From a virus, in the IMG/VR virus record IMGVR_UViG_3300045988_182799: a stretch of 64,000 bases of DNA; one strand, written 5' to 3'. The notes under the pieces were generated by a model. That model was not told the DNA's origin, did no database searches, and saw only the letters and a list, made by a program, of their open reading frames with translations. Made by a program: the position numbers and the translations under genes. The first letter of the stretch is position 1, and the number at the start of each line of letters is the position of its first letter. Positions 1 through 8,482 of the stretch are shown here, piece by piece.

Positions 1-134
1 TTGTCCAAGCGGCGCGGACAAGGCATTCGTCTTCGTGGTCATAGTTAAGGAGTTCCGCGCAAATGACCGTACTGCGAATCAACAACAGTACAATGCACGC
101 CCAGAGACAGCCGCAGGAAGCGGCATGTTGCTGG

Positions 135-210
135 TGGTGGAAATAGAGGGATTCGAACCCTCGACCCCCTGCTTGCAAAGCAGGTGCTCTCCCAGCTGAG
201 CTATATCCCC
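135..210 (-). tRNA. tRNA-Ala(UGC): tRNA-Ala (anticodon UGC)
   Basis: Reverse complement reads GGGGATATAGCTCAGCTGGGAGAGCACCTGCTTTGCAAGCAGGGGGTCGAGGGTTCGAATCCCTCTATTTCCACCA. It has a 7-bp acceptor stem, GTTCGAATC T-loop, anticodon loop TTTGCAA and an encoded CCA. Confidence 0.85.
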
Positions 211-240
211 ATGATGGCGGGGCATCCCCGCCGGACAGTT

Positions 241-633
241 TTAGGTGTACTGGAAGTCGCCGTACTGCTTGACCTCGCGCTCCAGGTGGAGCGGAATGGT
301 CTTGGTGCTTCGCTGCGTGATGTCGCTACGTGCCACCAGAGTCTCGCTTACGCCTGCCGCCTGAAGAACTTCAAACAGATTGGAAGGGCCTGTACCAGCA
401 TAGCCCGCCGTCAGTCCGTTGACACGCATTGTAAACCCATGCAGATGCGGTGCCAGGCCAGAAATGAAATCGAGTTCAACAATGACCTCGTCACTCTTAT
501 CGTTCACACGTTTGACTGAGATAGCACGGATGTTCTGGCTCCCGAAGGTCTCAATCAGTTTCTTGGCTGCCGCTGCGGTTTCAATCGTGGATGTACCTTC
601 TACATTGATAATTGCCTGCTCCATTGGAATCAT
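241..633 (-). CDS. hypothetical protein (130 aa) between tRNA-Ala and tRNA-Thr
   Basis: Intact ORF with a strong RBS (GAAAGGAGAT) immediately upstream of the ATG. No recognisable motif. Confidence 0.55.
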   Translation of the reverse strand: MIPMEQAIINVEGTSTIETAAAAKKLIETFGSQNIRAISVKRVNDKSDEVIVELDFISGLAPHLHGFTMRVNGLTAGYAGTGPSNLFEVLQAAGVSETLVARSDITQRSTKTIPLHLEREVKQYGDFQYT

Positions 634-825
634 CTCCTTTCTACTTCAAGTTGTCATGCACTGTGGCAGATAACGCTCTGCACTGCGAGGCTTTACGTTG
701 CCCATTCGTGTTCGGTTCCGGCTACGACGACTTCCGTAAGGACTTAGCCAACCGCCAACAGGTGCATGCCCCCGTTGGAAGCTTCTTGGGCGGATTCTCA
801 AAGAGCGCGTCGCCCAATCGGACCG

Positions 826-901
826 TGGAGCTTAGTGGCAGATTCGAACTGCCCGCCTGCACATTACGAGTGTGCCGCTCTGCCTAATGAGCTAACCAAG
901 C
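826..901 (-). tRNA. tRNA-Thr(CGU): tRNA-Thr (anticodon CGU)
   Basis: Reverse complement GCTTGGTTAGCTCATTAGGCAGAGCGGCACACTCGTAATGTGCAGGCGGGCAGTTCGAATCTGCCACTAAGCTCCA folds as a 76-nt cloverleaf with anticodon loop CTCGTAA. The acceptor stem has one G-U pair. Confidence 0.75.
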
Positions 902-1187
902 ATGGCAGGATGTTTTATGCTTGTTATCATCCCAAATCAGGGCAGCCAACCCTGCATCAAGCACCATCCGGCAGCCACGCCGATGGATTCTGTATTGTAC
1001 CCTCTCCGCCGTTTTCCGGTCTCATTCGCGACTGATACTGGGACTTTCGGATACTCTCAGGCACAGCACCTGTTTGCCGATTCTTTTAGAGGCTGTCCAT
1101 TGGCATTCGGACAGCGGACCACAAGTGGACCATGCTCGCTTTATTTAGTGTCGTGCGTACGGTGACAGCGACGGTGGAGCGGGCAGC

Positions 1188-1262
1188 GGGATTCATTTCT
1201 ATTCACGCCACCCATGTGGGCAGCGACAATTGCTATACCCCGCGTGGTGGGTCACGTCTGGC
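1188..1262 (-). pseudogene. decayed tRNA-like remnant
   Basis: Reverse complement begins CGCGGGGTATAGCAATTG, nearly identical to the 5' end of the tRNA-Met at 2870-2943, and ends ...GAATCCCGCTGCCCGCTCCA. It has acceptor-like termini and a T-loop-like GAATCC, but no foldable anticodon arm. Confidence 0.25.
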
Positions 1263-1279
1263 TTTCGCTTTTGCGGCCT

Positions 1280-1474
1280 TTATTTTGCTTCGCTGTTTAT
1301 GTACCCAAACCAGCAGCTTTCGCAGCCAGCGAACCCCGCGCACCCTTCCTCGTACACGTCATTCCATGGCGGACATCTGAAATTCTTTTCAAAGACTTTT
1401 ACCATGTTCTTTTTGATATCTTCCACGGGTCCGCTGAACTTCATTCCTTTTGTCAATTCTTCAAAAACCGTCAT
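1280..1474 (-). CDS. small hypothetical protein (64 aa)
   Basis: The AT-rich 5' half encodes a Lys-rich peptide (MTVFEELTKGMKFSGPVEDIKKNMVKVFEKNF...). An RBS (GGAAGGAAAG) precedes the ATG, and hairpin element 1 sits just upstream. The C-terminal third is GC-rich and may be read-through. Confidence 0.35.
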   Translation of the reverse strand: MTVFEELTKGMKFSGPVEDIKKNMVKVFEKNFRCPPWNDVYEEGCAGFAGCESCWFGYINSEAK

Positions 1475-1489
1475 TTTTCTTTCCTTCCT

Positions 1490-1514
1490 TCTCGCCGCGT
1501 GGAGGCTACCAGCG
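1490..1514. other. conserved hairpin-loop element, copy 1 (partial)
   Basis: Contains GCCGCGTGGAGGCTACCAGCG, a 15/16 match to the core shared by copies 2-6. The flanking stem is weak. Confidence 0.4.
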
Positions 1515-1523
1515 TAGGGATAT

Positions 1524-1598
1524 TGGAGGAGTATATCGGGGTCGAACCGACGTTATCTGCTTGGAGGGCAGAGGTATTAACCGTTATACGAATACTCC
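1524..1598 (-). tRNA. tRNA-Gly(UCC): tRNA-Gly (anticodon UCC)
   Basis: Reverse complement GGAGTATTCGTATAACGGTTAATACCTCTGCCCTCCAAGCAGATAACGTCGGTTCGACCCCGATATACTCCTCCA. Anticodon loop is CCTCCAA. Confidence 0.85.
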
Positions 1599-2366
1599 AC
1601 AAGATTGCGGGTGAACCCTCATTTAGCCCCGCCATGATGTTCGTTTAGGAGGTAGTCGGCCCCGAACGCCATCTTTACACCACTTGACAATCTTGCGAAT
1701 CTCATCGCTGACTATGCGTGAGAATCCAAGAAAGCGCTTAGGTGTTGGTCAACTTCAAATCTTAGAGCCCTACCGTTACTTCTCTGTCAATTCGGGCAAA
1801 CGGTTTTCGATGGGCTACGTGTGTAAGACTGCGGCTTACTTACCAGCTGCCGTGCAGCAGTCTCGCCTATACGGCTGTGTCGCGTCTGGCTGCGCCCCGG
1901 CTTTACGGGGATGCTCGTACGTCTGCATGCTTGATGGGGCGGGATTTGTTGTTTCCGAACCGTAGTTCGAGAGGAAGCACTCGTCCACACAACTTCCTGG
2001 CCTTTAGGGATACCGCTCACACCGGGAATTGTGATGCGATTCCCACGATTGAAGACTTCGCCATGTCGCGGGTATTGACCGCAACAATGTTGCCCACTGC
2101 TCACCACGAGGAGGTTGTCTTCTGAGCAGTAGCGCGGATTGTGTGGAGCAGTCCGCGCAAGCAGCTTCCGCGTATTCCCTGCTGCTTGAGGGAGCTTGTT
2201 GAGCGTCCGCCGACGCCGTACCCCGGAGGGAACGTCCAAAGGCGTTTTGCAGTACGGAAAAGTTCGGTTTAGAGCCATGAACTGGGCCAAGGACTGCTTA
2301 CCTTGTCTGGTTTGCCCTCCAGATTGGGTTGAGAGCATTCGTCAGCGACTGTAGTAATCGTTGTCC

Positions 2367-2400
2367 ACCACCCGCCGCGTGGAGGCTGTCTCATGGGTGG
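2367..2400. other. conserved hairpin-loop element, copy 2
   Basis: CCACCC-[GCCGCGTGGAGGCTGTCTCAT]-GGGTGG: a 6-bp stem enclosing the conserved 21-nt loop. Confidence 0.55.
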
Positions 2401-2523
2401 CTGGGCACGTCGGATGTTTCCGGCGTGCCCAGATAGGCGCTACCTATCGTGTCGTTCTAAGGCGGGAGCTGCCCGCCATCAGGTTTACCTGTGCATCGGA
2501 TTATCCCTTTCACTTATGCGGCC

Positions 2524-2624
2524 TGTCGGACGTAATTAGTGCATAGGCGTTCTCCTTTGTTCAGATTTTGACATCGGACGCGGTAATTACTGCATCGGAG
2601 TGCCCTCCCTGTTAGATTTCGACC
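2524..2624. repeat. two tandem degenerate ~50-nt repeats inside the ncRNA candidate
   Basis: Unit 1 is TGTCGGACGTAATTAGTGCATAGGCGTTCTCCTTTGTTCAGATTTTGACA. Unit 2 is CATCGGACGCGGTAATTACTGCATCGGAGTGCCCTCCCTGTTAGATTTCGACC. Aligned by eye at roughly 70% identity. Confidence 0.5.
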
Positions 2625-2758
2625 TGTTTAACGTCCGTGTCAGGACGTGTTCTGGATGGGTGGTGTCACACCACCGTGTTCCGTGCTTACGCGTCGCACC
2701 TGTACTCCACTATTACGCCTTATCGCGCGATTGACGTGTTCCCTTGTACTACACCCAG

Positions 2759-2835
2759 TGGCGACTCGTGCCGGACTCGAACCGGCGACCTCCAGCGTGA
2801 CAGGCTGGCGTTCTAACCATCTGAACTAACGAGCC
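2759..2835 (-). tRNA. tRNA-Asp(GUC): tRNA-Asp (anticodon GUC)
   Basis: Reverse complement GGCTCGTTAGTTCAGATGGTTAGAACGCCAGCCTGTCACGCTGGAGGTCGCCGGTTCGAGTCCGGCACGAGTCGCCA. Anticodon loop is CTGTCAC. Confidence 0.85.
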
Positions 2836-2869
2836 ATATATGACCGATTTAGCGTCGCGGCCGAGACGA

Positions 2870-2943
2870 TGGATACGGGGATGGGACTTGAACCCACAAC
2901 CACCAGCGTATGAGGCTGGTAAGCTACCATTGCTATACCCCGT
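2870..2943 (-). tRNA. tRNA-Met(CAU): tRNA-Met/Ile2 (anticodon CAU)
   Basis: Reverse complement ACGGGGTATAGCAATGGTAGCTTACCAGCCTCATACGCTGGTGGTTGTGGGTTCAAGTCCCATCCCCGTATCCA. Anticodon loop is CTCATAC. Initiator, elongator or lysidine-Ile identity cannot be decided by eye. Confidence 0.8.
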
Positions 2944-2992
2944 GTCAATAACAAGACATTGGCCGCAAGAACCTTCAAAACTTGCGTTGTCC

Positions 2993-3027
2993 ATCCCTCG
3001 CCACGCGGAGGCTGTCTTGTGAGGGAT
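2993..3027. other. conserved hairpin-loop element, copy 3
   Basis: ATCCCTC-[GCCACGCGGAGGCTGTCTTGT]-GAGGGAT: a 7-bp perfect stem with a 21-nt loop. Confidence 0.55.
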
Positions 3028-3204
3028 TCTCGGAGATTGCGCAAGGATGTGTAGAACTATACTGGTGTAGTATGATGTGCTGCAAGCAGCTACAATGCAC
3101 ATTCTCCGAGGTTGTTATTACCGTCTATCAAGTGAGGGTATGTAGCACTATAGTAGTTGTGATGTGTGTCGGGATGACACTTACAACACTTGATATTCGG
3201 TATA

Positions 3205-3280
3205 TGGCGGGTCGTACAGGGCTCGAACCTGTGACATCTTGATTAACAGTCAAGCGCTCTGCCGACTGAGCTAACGACCC
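3205..3280 (-). tRNA. tRNA-Asn(GUU): tRNA-Asn (anticodon GUU)
   Basis: Reverse complement GGGTCGTTAGCTCAGTCGGCAGAGCGCTTGACTGTTAATCAAGATGTCACAGGTTCGAGCCCTGTACGACCCGCCA. Anticodon loop is CTGTTAA. Confidence 0.85.
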
Positions 3281-3324
3281 AGAAATAAGACATTTGCCAC
3301 GGGGAGCTCAATACCCGTGTTACC

Positions 3325-3357
3325 GTCACCGCCGCGAGGAGGCTGTCTTATGGTGAC
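3325..3357. other. conserved hairpin-loop element, copy 4
   Basis: GTCACC-[GCCGCGAGGAGGCTGTCTTAT]-GGTGAC: a 6-bp perfect stem with a 21-nt loop. Confidence 0.55.
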
Positions 3358-3450
3358 ATAGCCCGCAAGATGTGTGTATAGCATCGTATCAAGAAGTTAC
3401 GATTCATCAAGCGGGATTTTGGATTTCAACGGAGGAACGATGAAAACCAA

Positions 3451-3526
3451 TGGAGCTTCCGGTGGGACTCGAACCCACAACCTACTGATTACAAGACAGT
3501 TGCTCCGCCTGTTGAGCCACAGAAGC
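3451..3526 (-). tRNA. tRNA-Thr(UGU): tRNA-Thr (anticodon UGU)
   Basis: Reverse complement GCTTCTGTGGCTCAACAGGCGGAGCAACTGTCTTGTAATCAGTAGGTTGTGGGTTCGAGTCCCACCGGAAGCTCCA. Anticodon loop is CTTGTAA; the anticodon stem has one non-WC pair at its base. Confidence 0.75.
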
Positions 3527-3571
3527 ATGGTAGTCGCAAGGAGTAAAACCTTGACGACTAATGTATTATTT

Positions 3572-3599
3572 AGTATATGCGGTTCGCACGATTCGGCAA
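3572..3599 (-). promoter_or_regulatory. sigma70-type promoter of the conserved-spacer family; likely drives the tRNA array
   Basis: Minus strand reads TTGCCG-aatCGTGCGAACCGca-TATACT, with a 16-nt spacer carrying the family core. It lies directly upstream of tRNA-Thr(UGU). Confidence 0.45.
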
Positions 3600-3621
3600 T
3601 ACAGATTATTTGAAGCACATT

Positions 3622-4308
3622 CTATATTTTGCGAATCTGCAAGTCACTGACATCTGCAATGTCTCGGTTTTCTTTCGTGACATCCTTTACCGCGCGTTTC
3701 TTTGACCAGAGAACACTCAGGACGCGATTGCGAAGGTTGTCGTCCTCGATAGTGGATGTCACTTTTACGATTTCTGACTCGCTCAAGTAGACTGTTCCAC
3801 CCTGCTGAATCATGGTCGGATACCCGTTATCACTTCTCAGGACCTTTTTATCAAGGCTATCGTAGGCGTATATCGCGTCGATAAGAAGTTCGGCCGCGAT
3901 TCCGTCCAGCTGTTCTTCCGTGATACCCTGGAAGACGAGCCAGCGGCGCATGAACGAGTCATCCGGGATACTGTCACTGTAAAGAGAGAACAGAGGAGAT
4001 ACCAGTTTGTTGCTCGAATAGCGCTCATGCTCTTCATCGACATTCAGGTTGTCCTGCCAAAGCTTCAGCATCAAGCCGTCGCCGTAGTAGACGAACGTGT
4101 CGTGAAAGAACCCGGACGAGCACACCTTGATATGGTCGATGTTCGCAACTTCCTCACGGTGGCAGAGTACAAAGCGCGTGCCTTCACTCTTGCCGTAGGT
4201 CTCATCGTCCCACTTGACCGTGACCCGTTCCAGCACAAACCTGTCGTTGAGGAGCTTCAGAACTGCTTTGATGGGAAATACTCGCCAGTCCATCAGATGT
4301 TTCTCCAT
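3622..4308 (-). CDS. hypothetical protein (228 aa), last gene of the AAA/zinc-ribbon/nuclease operon
   Basis: Intact ORF overlapping the upstream gene by 16 nt. No recognised motif. Confidence 0.55.
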   Translation of the reverse strand: MEKHLMDWRVFPIKAVLKLLNDRFVLERVTVKWDDETYGKSEGTRFVLCHREEVANIDHIKVCSSGFFHDTFVYYGDGLMLKLWQDNLNVDEEHERYSSNKLVSPLFSLYSDSIPDDSFMRRWLVFQGITEEQLDGIAAELLIDAIYAYDSLDKKVLRSDNGYPTMIQQGGTVYLSESEIVKVTSTIEDDNLRNRVLSVLWSKKRAVKDVTKENRDIADVSDLQIRKI

Positions 4309-4736
4309 TCCTTTGCTATCGGGTCGTACTCGGCCACTTCTTTTTTCGTAACCTTACCGTCCTTTTTATACAGCGTGACGCGCTGGATATAGTTGGCGGC
4401 ATTGGTATCAAGTCGGCGCATGGCTTCGGCAGAAGAGCTCGTCGTAGTGAGACTACGATAAGTCCCGCCGGAGCCCATGACGTCAGGCTCATAGTACCCA
4501 GTCTCGTAGTAGACTGCTATATCCTGTTCGTTAGGAGAAGCGGCATCCAGGATGACCTTGGAGCTTTCCTTGTTGCTACCCGCATAGGAGTTGCGGATGA
4601 TGCGAGCACCACGGTCATTCCCCTGCTGTTCATAGGCTTCGGCAATGAACTCAACGTAGGTCTTGAACTTCTGCTCGTCGCCGTCTCGATGTGCTTCAAT
4701 GAGCTTTCCGAGTGTAACTACGCCAACCACATTCAT
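4293..4736 (-). CDS. hypothetical protein (147 aa)
   Basis: Intact ORF in the operon. No recognised motif. Confidence 0.55.
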   Translation of the reverse strand: MNVVGVVTLGKLIEAHRDGDEQKFKTYVEFIAEAYEQQGNDRGARIIRNSYAGSNKESSKVILDAASPNEQDIAVYYETGYYEPDVMGSGGTYRSLTTTSSSAEAMRRLDTNAANYIQRVTLYKKDGKVTKKEVAEYDPIAKEWRNI

Positions 4737-4812
4737 TGCTTTTACTCCTCTCTTGAACTGTCTACATTATACCATTTTTGGAGTTCCGACTCGTACTGTG
4801 TAGACCAATGAT

Positions 4813-5487
4813 TCATAGATTCTTAACAAACTTACGCGTTTTTACAGGAATGAACCTGAAATGTCCAGTCTTATCTTGTTCGACTCTCCACTTCCACATG
4901 TGTCCCTGCATCCGTTCAGAATACAGCATCTGCTCGGTCGGTAAAAGCAGCCCTATGCCGTAGTATTTCGTAAGAGGTCGGCCTTTTTCGTGGTTTTCAG
5001 CAGCACGAGGAAAGGGGCGTTTTTCCTGCTTTAATTTGTATCCCGCATCGAGCAGTTCTGTGGCATAGAGCGCTGCATTTACTCGATGAAATACATATAG
5101 CATTTGGGTGCTTGAGAAGTAATAGAAGATACAGTTGGCGTTTTTATAAAGCCACCCATCTGAGTGATGGAGCGTTGACTCATTGGTGACAGGATTGCAG
5201 TTGATGACATTACCATTTTCATCAAATAGATAGGAGTCAACGGCCTGTTCCAGGAAGATGTTGCCGGTAGTGTATGTATCTGTTTTAGCATCGAGCGTTA
5301 CCGTGCGGCCATCTTTGCGATGAATCAGGAAGTCAATATCCTGTTCTTGATACGTTTTGATGCTTCTCACATCTTCGTAGCTCTCAAAGCTCAACCTTCC
5401 CAATTCGCAGCTCTTTTTTACGTAGTCAATTGCCACCTGTTCTCCGAGTTTTCCGACCGCAAGCTGGTCTTTCATGTTATAAGCCAA
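4813..5487 (-). CDS. PD-(D/E)xK-fold nuclease-like protein (YraN/Hjc-like N-terminal domain)
   Basis: N-terminus GKLGEQVAIDYV...QDIDFLIHRKDGRTVTLDAKTD matches the GxxGE...(E/D)IDLI...(D/E)xK pattern of the YraN/restriction-endonuclease-like fold. The C-terminal 120 aa are uncharacterised. Confidence 0.55.
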   Translation of the reverse strand: MAYNMKDQLAVGKLGEQVAIDYVKKSCELGRLSFESYEDVRSIKTYQEQDIDFLIHRKDGRTVTLDAKTDTYTTGNIFLEQAVDSYLFDENGNVINCNPVTNESTLHHSDGWLYKNANCIFYYFSSTQMLYVFHRVNAALYATELLDAGYKLKQEKRPFPRAAENHEKGRPLTKYYGIGLLLPTEQMLYSERMQGHMWKWRVEQDKTGHFRFIPVKTRKFVKNL

Positions 5488-5493
5488 GAAGTA

Positions 5494-6234
5494 TCACCTC
5501 CGCACTTTGCGGCAGGCGGGGCACTTAGGACCATACTTGCATACGGTAAAGAGCAACGGCGTCCATTCTTCGTCCTTGCCATAGCCGCAATCGGGACATA
5601 CCAAAGCAATGCGTTCACCGCTTCCGGCGGTCAGTTCATCGGGCCGAAACTTATTGGCGGTCGGATGCCACATAGCTGCAATCTGAGGGTATCCAACGCT
5701 GATGATAGGCTTCGTCGTGCATTTGCGAATTCGCTTCATCCGGTTGTGAGAAGCATTCAACCTGGCGCATTGCGGGCAGCCCGTATGATTCACGCCGCTG
5801 CCGCAAGCGAAAGCCAGGAGCGGATGCCACTCTCCGTTTTGACCATAGCCGCAGGTCTTGCAGACAAGATAGACATGCAGACCGCTGCCGGATGTGATTT
5901 GGTCAGGCTGGATGGTATTTAGCGTAGGATGCCACTGTTCGCCAATTTCAGGATGAACTGTAGCTACATCATTCACACCTTTGACCACGATTCGTCCAGC
6001 ACAAACCGGACAGCCGCCTTTTGTACGACAGACAGAAGAAAGCACCGGCCGCCATTCACCGTTTTTTCCGTATCCACACCGTGGACAAATCAAGGCAATG
6101 CGACGGCCGCTTCCACACGTGATTTCATCAGGACCACAGTCATTGGCAGTCGGGTGCCACATGGAAGCAATCTCAGGATGTTCTTCCGCTACCGTGCCGC
6201 GAGGCTCATAGAGCTTAATCTCAAATTCACGCAT
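5494..6234 (-). CDS. protein made of three tandem zinc-ribbon repeats (WHPT.N...GSG...CxxCGYG.NGEW...GCPxC)
   Basis: Three roughly 80-aa repeats each carry the W-H-P-T-x-N, GSG, C-x2-C-GYG and C-P-x-C signatures, i.e. 12 Cys in four-Cys clusters. The start overlaps the AAA ATPase stop by 8 nt. Confidence 0.7.
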   Translation of the reverse strand: MREFEIKLYEPRGTVAEEHPEIASMWHPTANDCGPDEITCGSGRRIALICPRCGYGKNGEWRPVLSSVCRTKGGCPVCAGRIVVKGVNDVATVHPEIGEQWHPTLNTIQPDQITSGSGLHVYLVCKTCGYGQNGEWHPLLAFACGSGVNHTGCPQCARLNASHNRMKRIRKCTTKPIISVGYPQIAAMWHPTANKFRPDELTAGSGERIALVCPDCGYGKDEEWTPLLFTVCKYGPKCPACRKVRR

Positions 6235-7138
6235 CCTGGTTCTCCTTCTCTTGCTGTTCGATGACCCAGCTTACAATATGGTCCGTGCAAGCTTTCGTTA
6301 CATTGCTGGGCGTATAATTGTGGTCAATGTGAGAGAGCAGGTCTTCAATTTCTTTCTTGCTCGCTGTATAGCCAACCGAAATGAAGAACTTCTCGCATAA
6401 GTCATGCGCAGACTGAGTATCCAGCATGCGAACACGATGAAGGAAGCTGAACCGACGGAACAGTGCAGCGTCAAGCTGGTCTTCCCTGTTCGTGGTTCCG
6501 ATAAGAATAACGTCATTGGGCAGCCGGTCAAGTTCCTGCATCAGAGCAATCGTCACGCGGCTCATCTCTGCTACATCGTCTCTGCCGCCGCGCTTCATGC
6601 CGATAGCATCGATTTCGTCGAGGCACAACACACAGGGGCTGCGTGTAGCATAGTCAAAGACCAGACCAATGTTCTGCTGTGTCTTGCCAAGAGCCGAGCT
6701 GATAAGACCGGAAAATTTGAGATATACGAACGGCAGGTCTGCTTTGTGGGCAATGTATCTTGCCAGTTCGGTTTTACCAGTTCCAGGCTCACCGCTCAGG
6801 AGCAAAGAACTGGTATAGTGAACGCCCATTTCTTTGAGTTTGAGGGACGCTTTTCTCGTTTTGAGAATCTTTTCGATGACTGCTTTCTCCGATTCACGAA
6901 TCAGGAATCTCTGCTCCGGGAAATCAGATACATCTTCTGCCACCAAAAGGCCCTGCATGTTGAACGGCAATTCAATGAATCGCGGTTCAGCATTGTTGAG
7001 CTTTGCCAGGCAGTTCGTCTTGAATTGCTCATCCCTCGCAGCGGTGATACTGTTCAGAATGATTTTTGCTTGCATCTGTGCTTTGCGAATGTCGCCTTCT
7101 GCTACATAGCGAAGGAGCATGCGGTTGTTATCATTCAT
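6227..7138 (-). CDS. classical AAA ATPase (single AAA domain)
   Basis: Walker A LSGEPGTGKTELA, Walker B VLCLDEIDAIG, sensor-1 IGTTN and the arginine-finger region DAALFRRF. An N-terminal ~100 aa domain is of unknown function. Confidence 0.85.
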   Translation of the reverse strand: MNDNNRMLLRYVAEGDIRKAQMQAKIILNSITAARDEQFKTNCLAKLNNAEPRFIELPFNMQGLLVAEDVSDFPEQRFLIRESEKAVIEKILKTRKASLKLKEMGVHYTSSLLLSGEPGTGKTELARYIAHKADLPFVYLKFSGLISSALGKTQQNIGLVFDYATRSPCVLCLDEIDAIGMKRGGRDDVAEMSRVTIALMQELDRLPNDVILIGTTNREDQLDAALFRRFSFLHRVRMLDTQSAHDLCEKFFISVGYTASKKEIEDLLSHIDHNYTPSNVTKACTDHIVSWVIEQQEKENQDA

Positions 7139-7195
7139 GGTTTATTTACCTCTATAAATGAAAAGACCCACCAAACGGCAGGTCTTGATTCTTTG

Positions 7196-7873
7196 TTATT
7201 TATTTGCAAAGTAGGTGTCTGTGTCAGCTCTCGCGGCTCTCGCCTCAATATCAGCTTCGTTCAGATACCGAACGCTTTTGAATGTGTAGTTGGTATCGCC
7301 CTTTGTGCGAACATAGATGCCGCGCTTTGCGTATGTCAGTCCAGGCGTCATATCGCTGTCAGCTGTAGTCAGCAGTTTGATAATCTGATGCTCACCTGCA
7401 TCATCAACCACGCAAAGACTCACATCCGCATTGCCGTCACATGGGTAATCTTCCGGCAGCTTCACTTCGTAATCCACCACTACGAGTTCCGGGTTTTCGA
7501 TGCAATCTCGCAGCTTATCAAGAGCTGATTCTTCAGTTCGCAGTACAGAAAGAGAATTACTGAGCGCAATGGTGTTGCTGATGTAATCTTCATTTTCTGT
7601 TTCGGTAGTGATTTTAGTGATGCGCATTTCAATGTCATGCCATCGCCCATCGGTCAAAGAGCCATTTGAAACTGTTCCCCAGTCGCCGAGAGCGATAAGG
7701 TTATTGTTCTCGCCTCGCACCGGTTCTGTTTCCATACTGGTTTGAGCTGGAAGGCCTAGCGTTTCGCTGCTTTCAGCCGTTGCCACAGGGAAATCGGCGG
7801 GCAGCGTGCTGACGGGATAGCAGGCAGTCAAGGCAACAGCAAGCGCCGGAATAATCAAAAGCAGCTTTCTCAT
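7196..7873 (-). CDS. lipoprotein (225 aa)
   Basis: Signal peptide MRKLLLIIPALAVALTAC with a lipobox Cys. ATGA overlap with the upstream HTH gene suggests translational coupling. Confidence 0.65.
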   Translation of the reverse strand: MRKLLLIIPALAVALTACYPVSTLPADFPVATAESSETLGLPAQTSMETEPVRGENNNLIALGDWGTVSNGSLTDGRWHDIEMRITKITTETENEDYISNTIALSNSLSVLRTEESALDKLRDCIENPELVVVDYEVKLPEDYPCDGNADVSLCVVDDAGEHQIIKLLTTADSDMTPGLTYAKRGIYVRTKGDTNYTFKSVRYLNEADIEARAARADTDTYFANK

Positions 7874-8394
7874 TGTTCCTTCGCCGCCTTCTTTGTTTTC
7901 TTTCTTCCCCTTTTACGGTGGATTCCAGCTTTGTGCATGATGTCGTATCCACATGTGGTACAGAAACCATACTCCTTAGCAAGTGCCTGAATTGACTTCT
8001 GCGGGTTCTCTCTGACTGCTTGGATATACCGTTCCTCTCTTTTCAGGCGTTCTTTCTTTGCCTTTGTCATCACATCAGAATCCCGCTGGCAGGTATATTT
8101 CGGGTCTACCTGCTTGATGACGCTATAAATCGTTGCGCGGTTCATGTTGTATTCTTTCGCCAGCTCAACGGCCGTTACACCCTTGCTGTACTTGCGAGCG
8201 ATTTCTTTGTCTCGTTGTTTCTTCCATTTGTGGAAGTCCATAGAGCGTTCGTTACGACTCTCTTCACGAGATACTCTATAGCAGATATGGGTTGATACAT
8301 GATGCTTTGCGGCTGCGTCTTTGATAGACATACCACTCTTCAAGTCCTCGACAATGAGTCGGTTTCTTTCTGACATAGCTTCTTTGTCAATCAA
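7870..8394 (-). CDS. DNA-binding protein with three helix-turn-helix-like segments
   Basis: Repeated segments (SIKDAAAKHHVS..., VTAVELAKEYNMNRATIYSVIKQ, SIQALAKEYGFCTTCGY) resemble sigma70 region-4 / Mor-type HTH. First gene of the operon, behind promoter a. Confidence 0.6.
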   Translation of the reverse strand: MIDKEAMSERNRLIVEDLKSGMSIKDAAAKHHVSTHICYRVSREESRNERSMDFHKWKKQRDKEIARKYSKGVTAVELAKEYNMNRATIYSVIKQVDPKYTCQRDSDVMTKAKKERLKREERYIQAVRENPQKSIQALAKEYGFCTTCGYDIMHKAGIHRKRGRKKTKKAAKEQ

Positions 8395-8482
8395 TGTTGA
8401 GTCCTCCTTGCAAATAAAAAAGCAGGCTCTTAAAAGAACCTGCTTTCGTGGTCGTTAATACACTTTTTGGTCTACAATATTC

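Larger units (their letters stand above)
1600..2758. ncRNA. ORF-free, highly structured GC-rich segment inside the tRNA array; candidate large ncRNA
   Basis: No credible ORF is present; the six-frame ORFs here are Arg/Cys/Ser-rich low-complexity translations. There are many perfect local hairpins (CCCCGGCTTTACGGGG, GGGCACG..CGTGCCC, GGCGGGAGCTGCCCGCC, ACGTCC..GGACGT), an internal ~50-nt tandem repeat at 2524-2624, and hairpin element copy 2. Flanked on both sides by tRNAs on the same strand. Confidence 0.35.

Noticed and set aside
184-3618. Track ORFs inside the tRNA / ncRNA region (184-519, 612-887, 766-1035, 1214-1648, 1684-1965, 1787-2338, 2361-2546, 2749-3102, 3397-3618 and others)
   Set aside because: They overlap tRNA genes or the structured non-coding segment, and are Arg/Cys/Ser/Pro-rich with no start-site signals. 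Only 241-633 and (weakly) 1280-1474 were kept.
6404-7528. Long plus-strand ORFs antisense to minus-strand genes (also 18174-18947, 19578-20327, 30766-32181, 41385-42914, 59739-61556, 9651-10388, 14405-15103, 46263-47159)
   Set aside because: Each lies entirely inside a well-supported minus-strand gene with recognisable motifs. They have no RBS or promoter of their own and have low-complexity translations. Treated as shadow ORFs of coding sequence.
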